NCBI GenBank assembly: GCA_951406725.2
Contig: OX597830.1
Span: forward strand, 4,898,001 to 4,962,000
DNA: 64,000 nucleotides
Source of the DNA: Octopus vulgaris
Lineage: Eukaryota
Reading direction: 5' to 3'
Within the stretch, counting starts at the first letter, position 1, and each line of letters starts with the position of its first letter. Under the pieces are notes generated by a model. That model had not been told where the DNA came from. It saw only the letters and a program-made list of their open reading frames with translations, and did not search any database. The position numbers and the translations under genes were made by a program. Of this stretch, positions 39,268 to 53,526 are shown in pieces.

Positions 39268-41111
39268 AAAGCAACAATAGAACAACCAGGAATACATCAG
39301 GACAGATTGAAGGCAGAGAATTTCAATAACTTAGAGTCTACATATCAAAGTTTCAAAATAAAATGAATTTATTTGAAAGTAGATATATCAATATTTGCAT
39401 TTCCTTCTATAAATTGCATATGTGTGTGCACTCTTAAACATGTATTGATCTGCTTCTTGCACCAAGCACTCTGCAATGTTAACACAATGAGAAATTTCAA
39501 TCACTCTGTTTATGTGGTTGGAGTGGATATAGTAACATACAGGTCGGTGTGGTGGCCACATGGACGATGATGAGGAAAGTGCAGTACTGTTGGGTCAAGT
39601 AACCTGTACATTCCCAGGTAACATCAATGCTGTTTGATATGACTGGAAGGGGCACCACTGTGAAAGAGTGCGGACATCATTGTGATCTATCATCAACAGC
39701 TAATGATGGTAACGTCTCACAGTGCATGTTGTTGTATGTAATATATTGTTTCTAATTCTGGTATTTTGCTAGCAATTTTGTGGGAAAGGGCTTGTCAACC
39801 ACATCAACCCCAATACTTGAATGGAATATATTTTATGGATCTGAGAGGGATCAACGACAAAGTTGACCTTGGCAGAATTTGAACTCACATTGCAATGAGT
39901 CAGTAGAAATACCCAAAGATGAATTTTTCTGACACTCTACCAACTTAATTCTTTTAGCTGTATGTAATATATAAACAGGCAGGTAGGTAGGAAGGGAGAG
40001 AGAGAGGGGGTGAGAGATAGAGAGATTTATTTGGGCTGATCTTGTTAACAGTTACACATGGGAGCTTTCTTGCCATCAAGCTAATTTTTTTTTCCTGTCT
40101 CATAAACCACCTGGCTTGATGTCAAAGAAACTACAATATAACAGACAACTAGACTCCAAATACAGAATTACCATAGCATTAAGTAATTTTTGTCCAAATG
40201 TGTGTGTGTGCATATATATGTGTGCATATATATATGTATATATATATGCTTACAAAGTAGAATATAGTATAGAAGACTAACACAGATCAACTCCAAAATG
40301 TTTTGTTTCTTTTATCAAATCTTTTTCTGTCAGCACCAAACATCAAACATTCATGTTATGAACTTATACAAAGATTATTTTAATGATTTGCACCACATAA
40401 ACAGCAACAAAAAATATTTGTTTTATTTTCCAGAAGTTAGGAAATAATTATATTTATCCAAATCTCAAAAAATAAGAAAATAAAAAATAATGTTTATTAT
40501 TTCATATTTTATGTTAATATTTTAAAGAAATTTCTGGTAAATATGAAAATGTGAAAATATTTGTTAAATCTTCCTTTGCACATATTTCACAAAGTAAATC
40601 CAATAAAAATGACTACTTCTAAAAGTATTTTTTGCATTTTGTTCCTAACCTTTAAAAAATTACCAAGAACCAATGGAGTAAGAAAGTTCAATAGAGAAGA
40701 AAATACTTTTAAAAAATTGACCAGCAAAATGGAACTGAATTAAGAAAATGTCAAATTGTATTTGCTATTTTTAGATTTAAAATCTAAATGTTATAACATG
40801 GATGGATACTTTTGATATCAACTTTGCCATAGTTGGAACAGTTATTCAAATAATACCGCCTTCAATTAAAAGAGCATGAAAGACAGATGTCTCATAACAG
40901 AGCTATATACATGCAAGAGTCTGCGACAGGATGAGTGGTCTCATAACTTTATTTCAAAACCAGGGAATCATTATTCCCACCAAATTATAACTATAATTTG
41001 GAAAATGGTAATGGATAATGTTGAAAGAAATTATTTTTTGAATAAAATATGAGAATAAACAAATTTCAAAATTGTGAAATTGGAGGGAAATTCAGTAAAA
41101 ATTTACTTTGA

Positions 41112-41336
41112 AACCTTTAGCATTTAAACCTGCAATATCAGACTGAAATATTCTGTTTTATATTCAAATTGGTCAGATCTTAGACTATCTCACCTACCCA
41201 ACAATGTCATCTTCAAAATAAACAATCACATCATCGAAATTTTGAAGCTATGAAATAATGTAGGGTTAATTCAAAACAATGTGAATTACTAAGCATTATA
41301 TATGATGGCAGAGTAATCTGGATGCTAAACGGTTAA
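41112..41336. mobile_element. piggyBac-like MITE (decayed)
   Basis: Short TIRs aacctttagcat / atgctaaacggtt with TTAA at the right end. Confidence 0.5.
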
Positions 41337-42049
41337 ATTATTATTATTTTTGCAACTTCAACTTTGTAGTTATTGAGATATTCATGATATTAGAAAACTA
41401 ACATTGAGCATGTCCTTTAAAGAATTTGACAGCAAGGTATGTTTGATCTGCAGTGAACTTGGTGCCACTGATCCAATGCAGTAGACATATTCCTTGCCAA
41501 AATGAAGATAGGCATTATTTGCAGTTTGGATGTTGTGCATCTTAATAAAAATATTCTTGACAAGTGTGTTTGTTGAACAGTGAGTGTAACATGGAAAACC
41601 AAATTGTTAAGAAGGGAGAAAAGAAGTAAGAGTCTGTGATTGGTAAAGGAACCAGGATGAGTTTGTGTACACTGCCCCAATGGTTTAATCAAATGGGTTA
41701 AGCAGGCTCTAATAGCATCATCAACTGCTGTAAAGTTAAAGAGATTGCATTTGTGAAGGACTTTTTACAGGGAGTCTCATGATTTTTGTGGCCTTTCTTG
41801 TTAAAGAAGAGGCAAAAATTTTCTGTTGGAATGAAGGATTCCATCTTTAGTGTCATTTTCAGGGATTCAGCATCAATATTATATTAATAAATAAATGATG
41901 ATGGCGATTTCTAACAATACTGATTTAATTTTGCTTAAAGTAAACAGACTTTACCATCATTTTCTAGTATTCAACATGAACATTATCTAAACAAGTACAA
42001 TATCTTAGATGAAACAACAGCAAAAATATTAATCCTTTGTGCTTTTATG

Positions 42050-42523
42050 CACTGCACAATGCCAGAGATTTGGACGGGGGTGGGGTTGTTCTGGTACTTA
42101 ATTTATCAATCTGGAAAGGATGAAAGGCAAAATTCTCCTCAGTAAAATTTCAGTTCAGAACATAAAAATGGATGAAATGTATTTTCTCCAGCATGCTAAC
42201 AATTCTGCCAGATTACAGCCATGATGATAATAAAGATGATGATGATAAACCTCTCTGAGATTTTGGGGTAAGGGACTCGTCCAAGTCAGCCTTGGTGGAA
42301 ATTTGTACTCAAACTCTAAAGACAGATGAAATACTGCTAAGCATTTTGTCTGGTGCTCAAACAATTCTGGCAGTTTACTACCTTCTTCATTTTTTTTTCT
42401 GTAGTTTCAGCTCAAAGCTGCGGCCATGCTGATGCACTGCCGTTGAGGCAAAATTGTAAACACAGACGAAATATCACTAAGCATTTCGCCCGGCACACTA
42501 ACGTTTCTGCCAGGTCGCCACCT

Positions 42524-42564
<41 letters not shown>

Positions 42565-42776
42565 CTTTTCTACTAATGGCACAAGACCTGAAATTTGGTG
42601 GGGTGGGAGCTAGTCGATTACCTTAACCCCAGTGCTCCACTGGTACTTAATTTATCAACCCCAAAAGGATGAAAGGCAAAGTCAACCACGATGGAATTTG
42701 AACTCATAACATGAAGATGAACAAAATACCACTAAGCATTTTGCCCGATGTGCTACCGATTCTGCCAGCTCGCAGC
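42050..42776 (-). mobile_element. Cluster of about 4 minus-strand tRNA-derived SINE copies with (AAT)n spacers
   Basis: Repeated ggatgaaaggcaaa / aatttgaactc / aagcattt.gcc / tctgccag units. Confidence 0.8.
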
Positions 42777-42800
42777 AATAATAATAATAATAATAATAAT

Positions 42801-43332
42801 AAATGCCCTGATGCAGTACCAGGCAGTGGCTCTCAAGGCTTCTGATCTTAACTGATTGCAAGTGTTATCATGTACATTGTTGTGTCTTGGTATAAAAGAT
42901 GGCATACAGCAAATATTCTGCTCAATACCACAGATTTGCTTGTCAGTTGCTTGACCTTAACCAGTTGAGCATGTCCCTCGGTGGCTGATGATATGTGCAT
43001 CTCTGATCACGAATAGAAGTAGTGGGGAAGCATCATAGCTATGTGTTGAGAGTTCTTTGGGGTATGGATAATTCACCTTTGGAGACATGGTTGTTTCATT
43101 CTAGGGACATTTTGAATGGATGGGCTGCTTGACCTGAAGAAAATTCTAACTGGGCCCCACCTGCAAGGTCATTCACCTGTTTATCTTCATATGAGATCAC
43201 CATGTTGCGTACATAATGTTGTGATGCATGTGCCTAGTGTACCCTTATCAGATGGGTAGTCATGATGGGTATACTGGGCTTCGTATATTTTACCCCAGTG
43301 TCAATTTGATGGCATGCACTGCTCTCTCACTC
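42801..43332. mobile_element. About 530-bp unclassified interspersed repeat flanked by (AAT)n; inverted copy at 52971-53513
   Basis: Colinear reverse-complement match along its length to 52971-53513, plus a partial copy at 53735-53888. Confidence 0.85.
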
Positions 43333-43333
43333 C

Positions 43334-43377
<44 letters not shown>

Positions 43378-44004
43378 AAGAAGAAGAAGAAGAAGAATAA
43401 CAATATGATGATGATGAGGAGGATGGTATCTACATTTATTTTTCCCACGTTCATGCACGATAGAATGTGGATGGCATTTATTGTAGGATTCTTTTACAAG
43501 GAACAAAATTCCCCGGGAGACATTTTGTGTAGAGACACACCAAGCTTTAGGTGAACAAGGTGGTATCTATCACTGAGGAGGTGAAAGCCCATCAAAACAT
43601 TGTATCTGCTTACATTAGGAGAAGAAAACTTAATGATTTTTATCATTTTCTCAATCTTAACTAGGTTTTGTTTTGAGACTAGAGTAACATTTGAATTCTG
43701 AACTGCGACACTCTAAACTTAGAGACCATTCAGCTCTTGTGCTGTTATCTTGGTCGTTATGAATAACAATGAGAGCACTGGAGTTTAATAATTTTTAGAT
43801 GATAATTTCTTAATGAGGTGTAAAGTTTTAGCCATGCAGAGTATAGTACATATTTCAAAAACATAATGAAATACCTTCAGCTAAATGTGAACCTGTAACC
43901 TTTGTGCAAGGAACCAATTATAATAATGGGATTCTAATTCTAAAACTATTTACTCTTTTTAAATACATATGAAATATTTTCCAGAAAATAAGCCTAATAT
44001 TATC

Positions 44005-44013
44005 AAATATATG

Positions 44014-44077
<64 letters not shown>

Positions 44078-44163
44078 TACACACACACATATATACATGC
44101 ATAAAAATATATACATATACACACACATATGTGTATATATGTATGTGTGTGTATATATATATA

Positions 44164-44195
<32 letters not shown>

Positions 44196-44345
44196 CACAC
44201 TCATACATGCATAAAAATATATACATATACACACACATATATATGTGTATATATATGTGTGTGTATATATATATATGTGTGTGTATACATATAAATATAT
44301 ATATACACATGTGTGTGTGTGTGTGTGTGTGCATATATATATATA
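44005..44345. repeat. Compound (TA)n/(TG)n/(CA)n microsatellite
   Basis: Direct inspection; 'atacatgcataaaaatatatacatatacacacacatat' occurs twice. Confidence 0.9.
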
Positions 44346-44619
44346 TTATCAAAAACATTCTTTTCTTTTTCTTTTCAAGATAACTACTTACATATAAATA
44401 TTAAAAAAGTAAATGAAAATACAATTTTAAGCAAAATTCGAGGGAAAATTGAAATATTCACTGTTCTCATTTTCTTTTCCTTTTACTCTTCAATGGTTTT
44501 GGAAAAGTGGCACCAGTTTTGGTAGATTTATTACATGTATCATGTCACTAGCTTTGTTCCCTTTTGAAAAATTTGAAATTTCATGATTCATAATGTCAAA
44601 TCAGGTATGTTGTTGTCTG

Positions 44620-44830
44620 CGACCCCACTAGGTCCCTCTGTCATTTCTCCCCATACTTGTCAGCCCACTATATTCAGTGCTTCTTCTCCCATACTTGGCC
44701 ACACTCCCAGAACTCTGTTCTGGTTTACGTCTTAACTGTAAATGTGGACTCAAAATGGATCAAAGTGAACATTGGCAACATCAATGCCATTAGGCCCAGG
44801 GAGGCAACACAGGCCCCAGATTCTTTCCCT
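44620..44830 (+). mobile_element. Decayed L2/CR1-like LINE 3' remnant
   Basis: HYIQCFFSHTW...NS resembles the 'Y..SFFPRT...WN.LP' RT C-terminal motif. Confidence 0.35.
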
Positions 44831-47809
44831 ATCTGTAGACTCATCAAACACAATAAAGAACAAAGAAAATTAATTTAGGAACTTTTTATGTAATGTCTGT
44901 TTTTACTCAGCTGTATCTTGCTCAGATATTCTATTTTATATTAATCAATTAGTTCATAATGCATGTTGGTTGTAATTAACCAAATAGCTAATGATTTGTC
45001 CCTGGTGTTGTCACAATTTCATAATTACTATAGTCAGGAAGGCATGTTATGTAAAGCAATTTATTAGTGGCTTCGATTAGAATAAATGTCAGGCTACATT
45101 AGATTTGTGCAGATGGCGACGACTGTGAATCTGTTCAAAGTTGTTGGTTATTATTGCCACAACTTTGATGATACCAACACATTGAGAGAACCTGCTTAAA
45201 GTTAGTTACAAGCAACTGCTACAATCAAAAAACATTTACAGATGCTCAGCTTAAAATGTCCTCTAATTTCCATGGAAGTATTAGAAGGAAAAATATTGAG
45301 TTTCAGATGTTTGTAAAACATTTGAATAATGTAATGGAAATGTATGTTGTATGTTAATTTTAGAATTTCTTTAGAATTACCAATAAAAAAAAAAAATTAA
45401 TTAGCACTATTGAAATAAAAGGATGCGTGCTAGTTTCTGCCCGAGAATTTATGAAAATTGTTTGGTTATTGAATGTAATAAGAATAAGAAACTTACATTA
45501 TTTAATGAGAAATAAAATCTGCACTTATTTCTAAAACACCTTGCTTTCATTGAGAGACCTTTAACAACTCCTCAGAAACATTCATGTAGACTCACAAGCA
45601 TGACTATCGATCTACCTCTTTCTCTATTTACCTAACTACCTCTCTCTCTCTCTCTACCTACCTACTCGCTTTGCTGCTTCTCTACCCGTCTATCCACGTC
45701 TCCCTATTCTTCTTTCTCTCTATTTACCTCTCTTCCTTCTTATCCACTTCTTTCTACGTTTCTCTGCCTTTCCCCTCCCCCCTCTCTCTCTCTACCTTTC
45801 TCTTTAGCAATCAAACCCTCTCTGCCTTCTTACCTACCTAACTACACACCTTCATACATAGACTCATACAATCACATATACACATACATACATGCATGCA
45901 CACACACACACATATATGCATGCATGCATACACACACATATACACACATGCATGCATAAAATAGTTTCCAGTGAGCACTTAGAAACAGACTGAAACTCAT
46001 TCATTTACATTTTTTAATTGAATCATTGAGTACACATAGGATAAACAGATACGTGGTACAAATAATCTTTACAATACACTCCCCACCACCTCCGCCTTTA
46101 ATATGCTTACTCATACAATATGAAGCTTATTGAAAAAAAGCCCACATATCTTTAAGTACATATATGTATATTGTAAAAACAGTAAAAGTGGTTTAAAGCA
46201 AAGTAGTAATTAAAAGCCCCACCACACACACACCCCCTGTTTTAGCTAGACTAGATGTGATCATCATTGATTTAATATAGTATTTATATTAATACAATAC
46301 TAAATAATGATATGATGCTCATATTGAAAAGCCTGTCATTACCAAACTAATCAATAAAAGACACTGAAAAAAAAACGAGAAGTTTCTTATAAATATCATG
46401 AAGAATATGTAGTTAAGATTTTATAAATTAAAGTATGATGAAGGTTTGCTGAATCAATAAATATGTAATTGGTGTCTGTATTCTTATATTGATATAGAAT
46501 TATTTAAATTCATAAACCTATTTGGTCATGAAAGACTTTAGAGATGTTGTTGTTTGATGTGAAATAAGTCAACGGAAACAACAACAGAGACGAATGTGAG
46601 ATTTACATTCGGTGAAATAGGAAAGATTTCAATGAATGAGAGATATCATAGATGAGACATAATATGGAGATGAGAGTAAATTTAGTGCAGATCTGTACTC
46701 TGGCAGAGAATAAAGGGCATGGCATTAAAGAGAACAGAGGTTGGGAGGGTTAACCATCATTTGATTTTGAAATCATAGGAACCACAGTGCTTTTATTTGA
46801 CTGAAAGTGGGGTGCCTCTCTTTTGTCTTGTGAGTTACTTGGCAACCTTGCTAGTGCCAACATCATAAAAGTAGCTCCCAGTACAATCTATGGTAGTTGG
46901 CACAAGAAAGGGCACCCAGCTCTAGAACCCACTCCAAAGCAGAGACTGGAGCTTGATGCAATCTTCTCGCTTGTTGGATACTGTTGGTTGATAATGATGG
47001 TGGTGATGACTTGGAATGTTTTCAATGAATAAGGAGGAAAACATGTTCTGCAGATAGGTGTCATTTATCTTAGTTTAAATATTTAAACAAGACAAATCTA
47101 TTTAATATCTGTATTGTGTCAGATGGTGTAGCTAGACAGCAAAGATATAGAGCTAGAACCATTTGTTTTTGAATTCACACTATAATAATAATAATACTAC
47201 ATATATAGACTACTTTACTGTTTTTCACAAGCAGGGAGGGGTGCTGTGAAGGTTGAACATACTAGGAGGGGGCAAAGTCCTATATTAAATAGCATAAAGA
47301 TGGTTCCTAACTTTTTATCATCAGACACTTTAGTGATGAAAGGAGAATTATGTGGATGCAATATCTACTTTGGGGTCGAGCAAATATTTCATAAATATTT
47401 GACAGTTTTAAAACCGCTGAACTATATAACAATATTACAGAAGGTTTATATAGTGGTGTATATTATTGATACAGAATGTATATTTACCCATTTGAATATT
47501 ATTACGAGAATAATATCTTATATATATTGACTATGTCAATATATATTGACCCACTTTCAATATTATTATCACAATTTTAGGATCACTGAACATCTCTTAT
47601 TCCAGCTACCTACAAGATATAATGTTTTAGCATCCAGTTGGGCAAAATGTCACTGTGTGTTTTGAAGGAAGTTGTAAACACACACACACACAAATATAGA
47701 GTGTCCATATTATCAACATCTAAACATACTGCCCGTAGTTTTCGAATTGGCAGTTCGAAATCTAATTACCAATCTACATGTCATTCATATAATTGCTTAG
47801 TTTTAGAAC

Positions 47810-48160
47810 CCATTCTCATCGTTATTTCTGTCATTAGACTGCAGCTATGCTGGGGCACACCATCTAGGGGAATTTTAATAAAATGAATAGCTCCCAGTAG
47901 TTATTTTTTAAACCTGGTACTTACTAGATCAGTCTCTAATCCAAAACCTCTAAATTACGAGGATATTAACACTCCATCACCAGTCGTCAAGCAGTGGAGG
48001 GTGGAGGATAAATACACGACAAGTTCCTGTCTACCAAATCCACTGAGAAGGCTTTGGTTGGCCCAAGGCTATAGCAGAAAATGCTTGCCATACAGCAAAA
48101 CTGAACACAGAATCATGTGGTTAGGAAGCAAGTTTCTTACTACACATCCACACCCATGCC
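47810..48160 (-). mobile_element. Decayed CORE-type SINE
   Basis: gactgcagctatgctggggcac...ctgtctaccaaatccact...aaggctttggttggcccaaggctatag...atgtggttaggaagcaag. Confidence 0.75.
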
Positions 48161-49379
48161 TCTTCATTTCTTCTAAACCCAACATAAAACATTCTTTGTT
48201 CAAAAATTAGCTTTACATCATTTGCATTAACCTGAAATTAATTTTCTTTCATTTGACATTAAGTCTACTTCTAGTTCATGCATTTCTTTATTTCCAAATT
48301 ATTTAGATGTGAAGTTCCCTAATTTCCTCTCTAGTAAACATTAAATGTTTTTGAATTACAAATTTTAATGGGGGAAAAAATACTAAATAAAGAACGTAAT
48401 TGTGAAAGAAACACTAAAATTGCATCCTTCGCTGATTTTAAACCTTAAATAATGGTTGTGTAAGAGGGATTAGAAGAAAGTGCTTTAATGATTTTATTAA
48501 ATTTTGAAAACTTTCTGAATAATTCAACTTCTATAATGATGAATTATCATCATATCCATAAAATACATGTGGTAATGATCCATGTGTAAAACTGCATGGA
48601 TCCACAGAGGATTTTATTGTAATGTTAGTTAGTCGATTGAAAGTATTTGTAGCTGTTGCCAATCAATAATGAAATTTTAAAATGCTGATCATTGTAAATG
48701 CTTTGAAGAGAATTAAAGAGAAAAAACTTTTAAAAATTGCTTAACATAAACCCCCCCCCACTAAATAACACATGAAAGAAGTGAATAATTCCGTGTTGTT
48801 TATTTCTCCCTCATGTCTATAATGAGCTGACATCGAATTTTGTGTGAATTTACAAGCATTATATTCTTCAGCATTATGGAGAAAATATTAGATTGGCCAG
48901 CATTAAAATAAATACATAAATATTCCTCACATTTAATTATTTATCCTGCCAAAAATTTGATTAAATAAAATGCTTTTTCATTAAAATTGAGTCCCTTTTT
49001 TTTAAATGCCATGATTAATATCCTAATATGACTTTCCGAAGATATCTTATTTGGATAATCTATTACTTGCCTAGCATGCTTGGAATATTGGTTTGCAAAG
49101 TTTGAGCCAATTAATAATACCAGAGAAGATTTAGAGAAGAAATTCTGGACAAGGAAGCAAAGCCAAATATTAAAACACATCAGAGAAAACTTAGTAAAGG
49201 GTAGATTTAGAAAGTAGGAAAGAAGCTAGGATCTTACAACCACCAGGGAAACATCCATGCTTGATATGCCGGAGAGGCATTGGTAGAAATTCAGTGTGGT
49301 GTACACAAAATAAAATATGAATGGATAAGAGCTAAGGTGGAATAACACACAAGCAAGTAGAAAAGGTAAACATCTCTGC

Positions 49380-49930
49380 TAGCCTACATGTTATCCGACT
49401 GTAACTATGTCTAGCAGATACAAAAAGGTAATTAGCAGAAAGAATGAATAGAGAATAAATTCCATCAAATGTCTGGAGTGTTACCTGAAAGTAGTCAATA
49501 GCTTATTGTTAAATAGGTGACATAATTAACAGCAGAGGTGAATGTTCTGAAAATGTAGTAGCCAGGGTTTCTCTCTTTCTGAGTAAGAGAGTCTTTTTTT
49601 TTGTATGATGCTTGTGTACAAAGTGTAATGCAAATCAGTCAGATGTGGGACTTAAATGTGGAATATTTATGATGGACAGAAAGTAGGGAAATAAGCTAGC
49701 TTCAATGGACGTGTAATGGTAGAATGCACGAATAATGATGCACAAATAAACTGAATTGAAATCTGGATTCAAGAAGAATAAGAGGTTGTGTGCAAAGGAG
49801 AAAACTAGACAGGTTTGAGCCTGTGACGTGTGTGAACGATGTCAGTTGTGTAATGAAGAGCCAAATGCTTGAAGTGGTTAAAACCTATGGAAGAGGTCGC
49901 TATTGAAAGTTATGGGACAATAATGGTATC
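49380..49930 (+). mobile_element. Highly decayed RTE LINE RT fragment
   Basis: Same motif order as 4098-4600: gtagtcaatagc...ggtgacataattaacagc, tatgatgcttgtgtac, tgtgtgcaaaggagaaaact, ggaagagg. Confidence 0.6.
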
Positions 49931-50921
49931 CAAAGACTATGAACTACATGACAAGAGTGCAAGCAGGGCCATCTGTGACCAGTCTCACACATCCCCATGC
50001 ATCCAAACGTTTATTTTAACCTTCTTGGTCATGAGTTCAATCGTCTGAGATTCTTTTGTTACCCTTGCTGACCTTCAATTTTAATCGCTCTACACATCCT
50101 GTCATTCTGAAATTTCTTTAATCTCTCTACATCTTATCTTTCTTACTCACAGCACTAAAGAACAATGCCTTACTCAAGCACAATTGTTTCTAACTGTTTC
50201 TGTTGCTGTGTTGGTGGTGGTGGGGACTTCATCATGAAGTAAAATGATATAAATTATTGAGTTAATAGGTGATATCAGTATTATTTTAAGCAGGTAATGC
50301 AACAATGAACTTTGTGAAAGGAGAAATGTGAGAAGAAGTGAAAGATAAAGAAGAGACATCAAATAAATTTCCCCTTTTGTTGTCACTTTCAAATGTATGT
50401 GACTCACAGCAGCATATTTTGAAAGAGAGCAGTGGAAATACTATCCCCTAGGCAAATGACATATCCTTATAAACTTATATGTATCTACCTGGTAACAACT
50501 TGAATGGGGAAACCTGGTGAGAAAGTCAGAGAGTGGAAAACTAAAATAGAAGAGGCAAAATGAAAAAGAATCATTAGAATTTTATATTTGAGTTTATTTG
50601 AAATAGTTGGAGTGCTGTTTCTCCTTGTCACAGAAGTAAGAAAAGTTGTTCTCACAGCACTGCACTGCTGGTATCAATTCAAAGCCAATGAATAAAGGTT
50701 GAATGTTTTTTCTGTCATAACCTTTATACTATGATTAAAAAAAAAAAAAGCTCAGCCAGCATATCTCCACCATCCACATATATTCATTGTTAAAAATCCA
50801 TGATTTAGCCATCCCTGATATGTACACACAGACACATATGCAAGCACACATGCATATGAAATGCCATGCCCAAACTCGGTCCAATGTAACTTTTGGCTAG
50901 TGAAAAAGATATATATATATA

Positions 50922-51301
50922 GGCGAAGGAGTGGCTGTGTGGTAAGTAGCTTGTTTACCAGCCACATGGTTCTGGGTTCAGTCCCACTGCGTGGCACCTT
51001 GGGCAAGTGTCTTCTACTATAGCCTCGGGCCGACCAAAGCCTTGTGAGTGGATTTGGTAGACGGAAACTGAAAGAAGCCCGTCGTATATATGTATATATA
51101 TATATATACGTGTGTGTGTGTTTGTGTGAGTGTGTTTGTCCCTCTAGCATTGCTTGACAACCGATGCTGGTGTGTTTATGTCTCCATTACTTAGCGGTTT
51201 GGCAAAAGAGACTGATAGAATAAATCCCAAGGTCGAGTTGCTTGATTAAAGGCGGTGCTCCAGCATGGCCGCAGTCAAATGACTGAAACAAGTAAAAGAG
51301 T
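50922..51301 (+). mobile_element. Near full-length CORE-type tRNA-derived SINE (octopus OR-like)
   Basis: Pol III A box TGGCTGTGTGG and B box GGTTCAGTCCC, CORE-like ccttgggcaagtgtcttc, internal TA/TG microsatellite, 3' gtaaaagag tail. Confidence 0.9.
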
Positions 51302-52101
51302 ATATGCATACTGAGATATTTGGTTTTATTTCTATATACACATTCACTCACACACAGGAGGTCAAAATACTTTTTAAAACCATGCTACCAACCTCCCAAT
51401 ATTCTCAGCATTCCATACATAAAACAAGACAAAATATCCAAAGATCATTAGAATCCCTAATTCGCTCAATTCTTTCTACATCTATCTTAATCTTAACATT
51501 TCTTTAATCCCACCTCTCTAAGATGTTCCTCTGAACCATGAGATTATTCACTCTGTGTGTGTGTGTACATACACATATCTGGAATATGCACCCCCCATCT
51601 TTTTAACCTTTACATGTTCAGCCTCTTAATCACCTTTTACTGTCAGCACCAATATTATCTTATAAGAGCTATTGCATTCATCGTTACTGTTTTATTCATT
51701 ATAATCAGAATATCTCCAATTTATTCTCATTATTGTATCATTACATCCACCCCCACCTTTACCCCACTTTCCAAGTCTATAAAACCCTTGCACTTTTATA
51801 TTACCACAATTTTGCAGCACAAATTCTCTATCTAAAAAAAAACTGTCTTATTGATTTTTTCCAAATTATTTTATTATTTATTTCTGATGTTTTACAAAGT
51901 ATTTTTTTGCAAAAAAAAAAAAAAAAACTCTTCAGGAATGTGATTTTTTCAAAGAGCTGTTTAGGTGGGGGTTTTTTCCATAAGAACTTTTTGGTTTGAA
52001 ATTATTTGTAAAAGATGTTTCTGAGAGTAAGAATTTTTTCTCAAAGTTTTAACATTTGTTTCCCACTATTATTGACATCATTATCACTATTATCATACTC
52101 G

Positions 52102-52297
52102 ACTCTTTTACTTGTTTCAGTCATTTGACTGCGGCCATGCTGGAGCACTGCCTTTAGTTGAGCAAATCGACCCTGGGACTTATTCTTTGTAAGTCCAGTA
52201 CTTATTCTATCGGTCTCTTTTGCCGAACCACTAAGTGACGAGGACGTAAATACACTTGCATCGGTTGTCAAGCAATGCTAGGGGGACAAACACAGAT

Positions 52298-52332
<35 letters not shown>

Positions 52333-52403
52333 CATATACATATATACGACAGGCTTCTTTCAGTTTCCGTCTACCAAATCCACTCACAAGGCTTTCGTCG
52401 GCC
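52102..52403 (-). mobile_element. 5'-truncated CORE-type SINE, inverted relative to 50922-51301
   Basis: ctcttttacttgtttcagtcatttgactgcggccatgctggagcac...cagtttccgtctaccaaatccactcacaaggc. Confidence 0.9.
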
Positions 52404-52487
52404 TAATCATAATCATAATCATTATTATTATTATTATTATTATTGTTATTGTTATAATTATTATTAAGGTTATTGTTATCATTGACA

Positions 52488-52707
52488 TAAGGTAGTGAGT
52501 TGGTAGAATTGTTAGCATGACAAGCAAAATGCTTAGTGGCACTTAGTCTGCCCTTATGTTCTGAGTAGAAATTCTGCTGAGGCTGACTTCGCCTTTCATC
52601 CTTTTGGGGGTTGATAAATTAAGTACCAACTGGAAACTGGGGTCGATGTAAGCAACATATCCCTTTCCCCTTTCACCTGAAACAGCTGGCTTTGTGCAAA
52701 AATTCGA

Positions 52708-52740
<33 letters not shown>

Positions 52741-52965
52741 CATTATTATTTAAGGCAGTGAGCTGGGAGAATTGTTAGCACACCAAGCGAAGTGCTTAGT
52801 GGTATTTCGTCTGCCACTATATTCTGATTTCAAATTCTGCTGAGGTTGACTTTGCCTTCAATCCTTTTGGGGTGGATTCAATAAGTACCAGTTATGTACT
52901 AGGGTTGATGTAATTGACAAGCCCCTCCCCCAAGCTGCCCTTGTAACAAAAATTTGAAATCATTA
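52488..52965 (+). mobile_element. Two tandem tRNA-derived SINE copies separated by (ATT)n
   Basis: aaggtagtgagttggtagaattgttagca... and aaggcagtgagctgggagaattgttagca..., both with gcctt(t)ca.tccttttgggg. Confidence 0.85.
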
Positions 52966-52970
52966 TTATT

Positions 52971-53513
52971 GAGTGAGAGAGCAGTGCATGCTATCAAAGT
53001 GTCACTGGGGTACAGATATACGAAGCCCAGTATACCCATCATGACTACCCAACTGATAAGGGTACACTAGGCACATGCATCACAACCATATGGGCACGAC
53101 ATGGTGATCTCATATCAAGATTAACAGCGCATAACCTTGCTGGTGGGACCCAGTTAGAATTTTCTTCAGGTTGAGTAGCTCAACCTGCTCAAAAGGTCCC
53201 TGAATGAGGGTTGTTTAAGGATGTTGAATGAAACACCCATGTTTCCAGAGGTGAATTATCCAAACCCCAAAGAATTCGTCTCAACACATGGCTATGATGC
53301 TCCCCCTCCCACTGCTTCTGCTCATGATCAGAAATGTACATATCGTCAGCCACTAAGGGACATGCTCAACTGATTAAGGCCAAACAACTACAAACAAATC
53401 TGTGGTATTGAGCAGAATATTTGCTGTAGTCCATCTTTTATTCCAAGACAAAACATTGTACACGATAACACTTCCAATAAGTTAAGATCAGAAGCCATGA
53501 GAGACACTGCCTG
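52971..53513. mobile_element. About 530-bp unclassified repeat, inverted copy of 42801-43332
   Basis: gagtgagagagcagtgcatgc...cagaagccatgagagacactgcctg. Confidence 0.85.
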
Positions 53514-53526
53514 AAATTATTATTAC

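Noticed and set aside
39543-39617. Possible phase-1 exon GRCGGHMDDDEESAVLLGQVTCTFP
   Set aside because: No polypyrimidine tract before the AG and no fit to the TSP1 consensus.
41417-41780. Minus-strand ORF with a faint 'DDAI...LTHL' reverse-transcriptase-like motif
   Set aside because: The similarity is too weak to call without a profile search.
50922-50995. tRNA gene
   Set aside because: The A and B boxes belong to the tRNA-derived head of a SINE. There is no complete cloverleaf, and the sequence continues into the SINE body.
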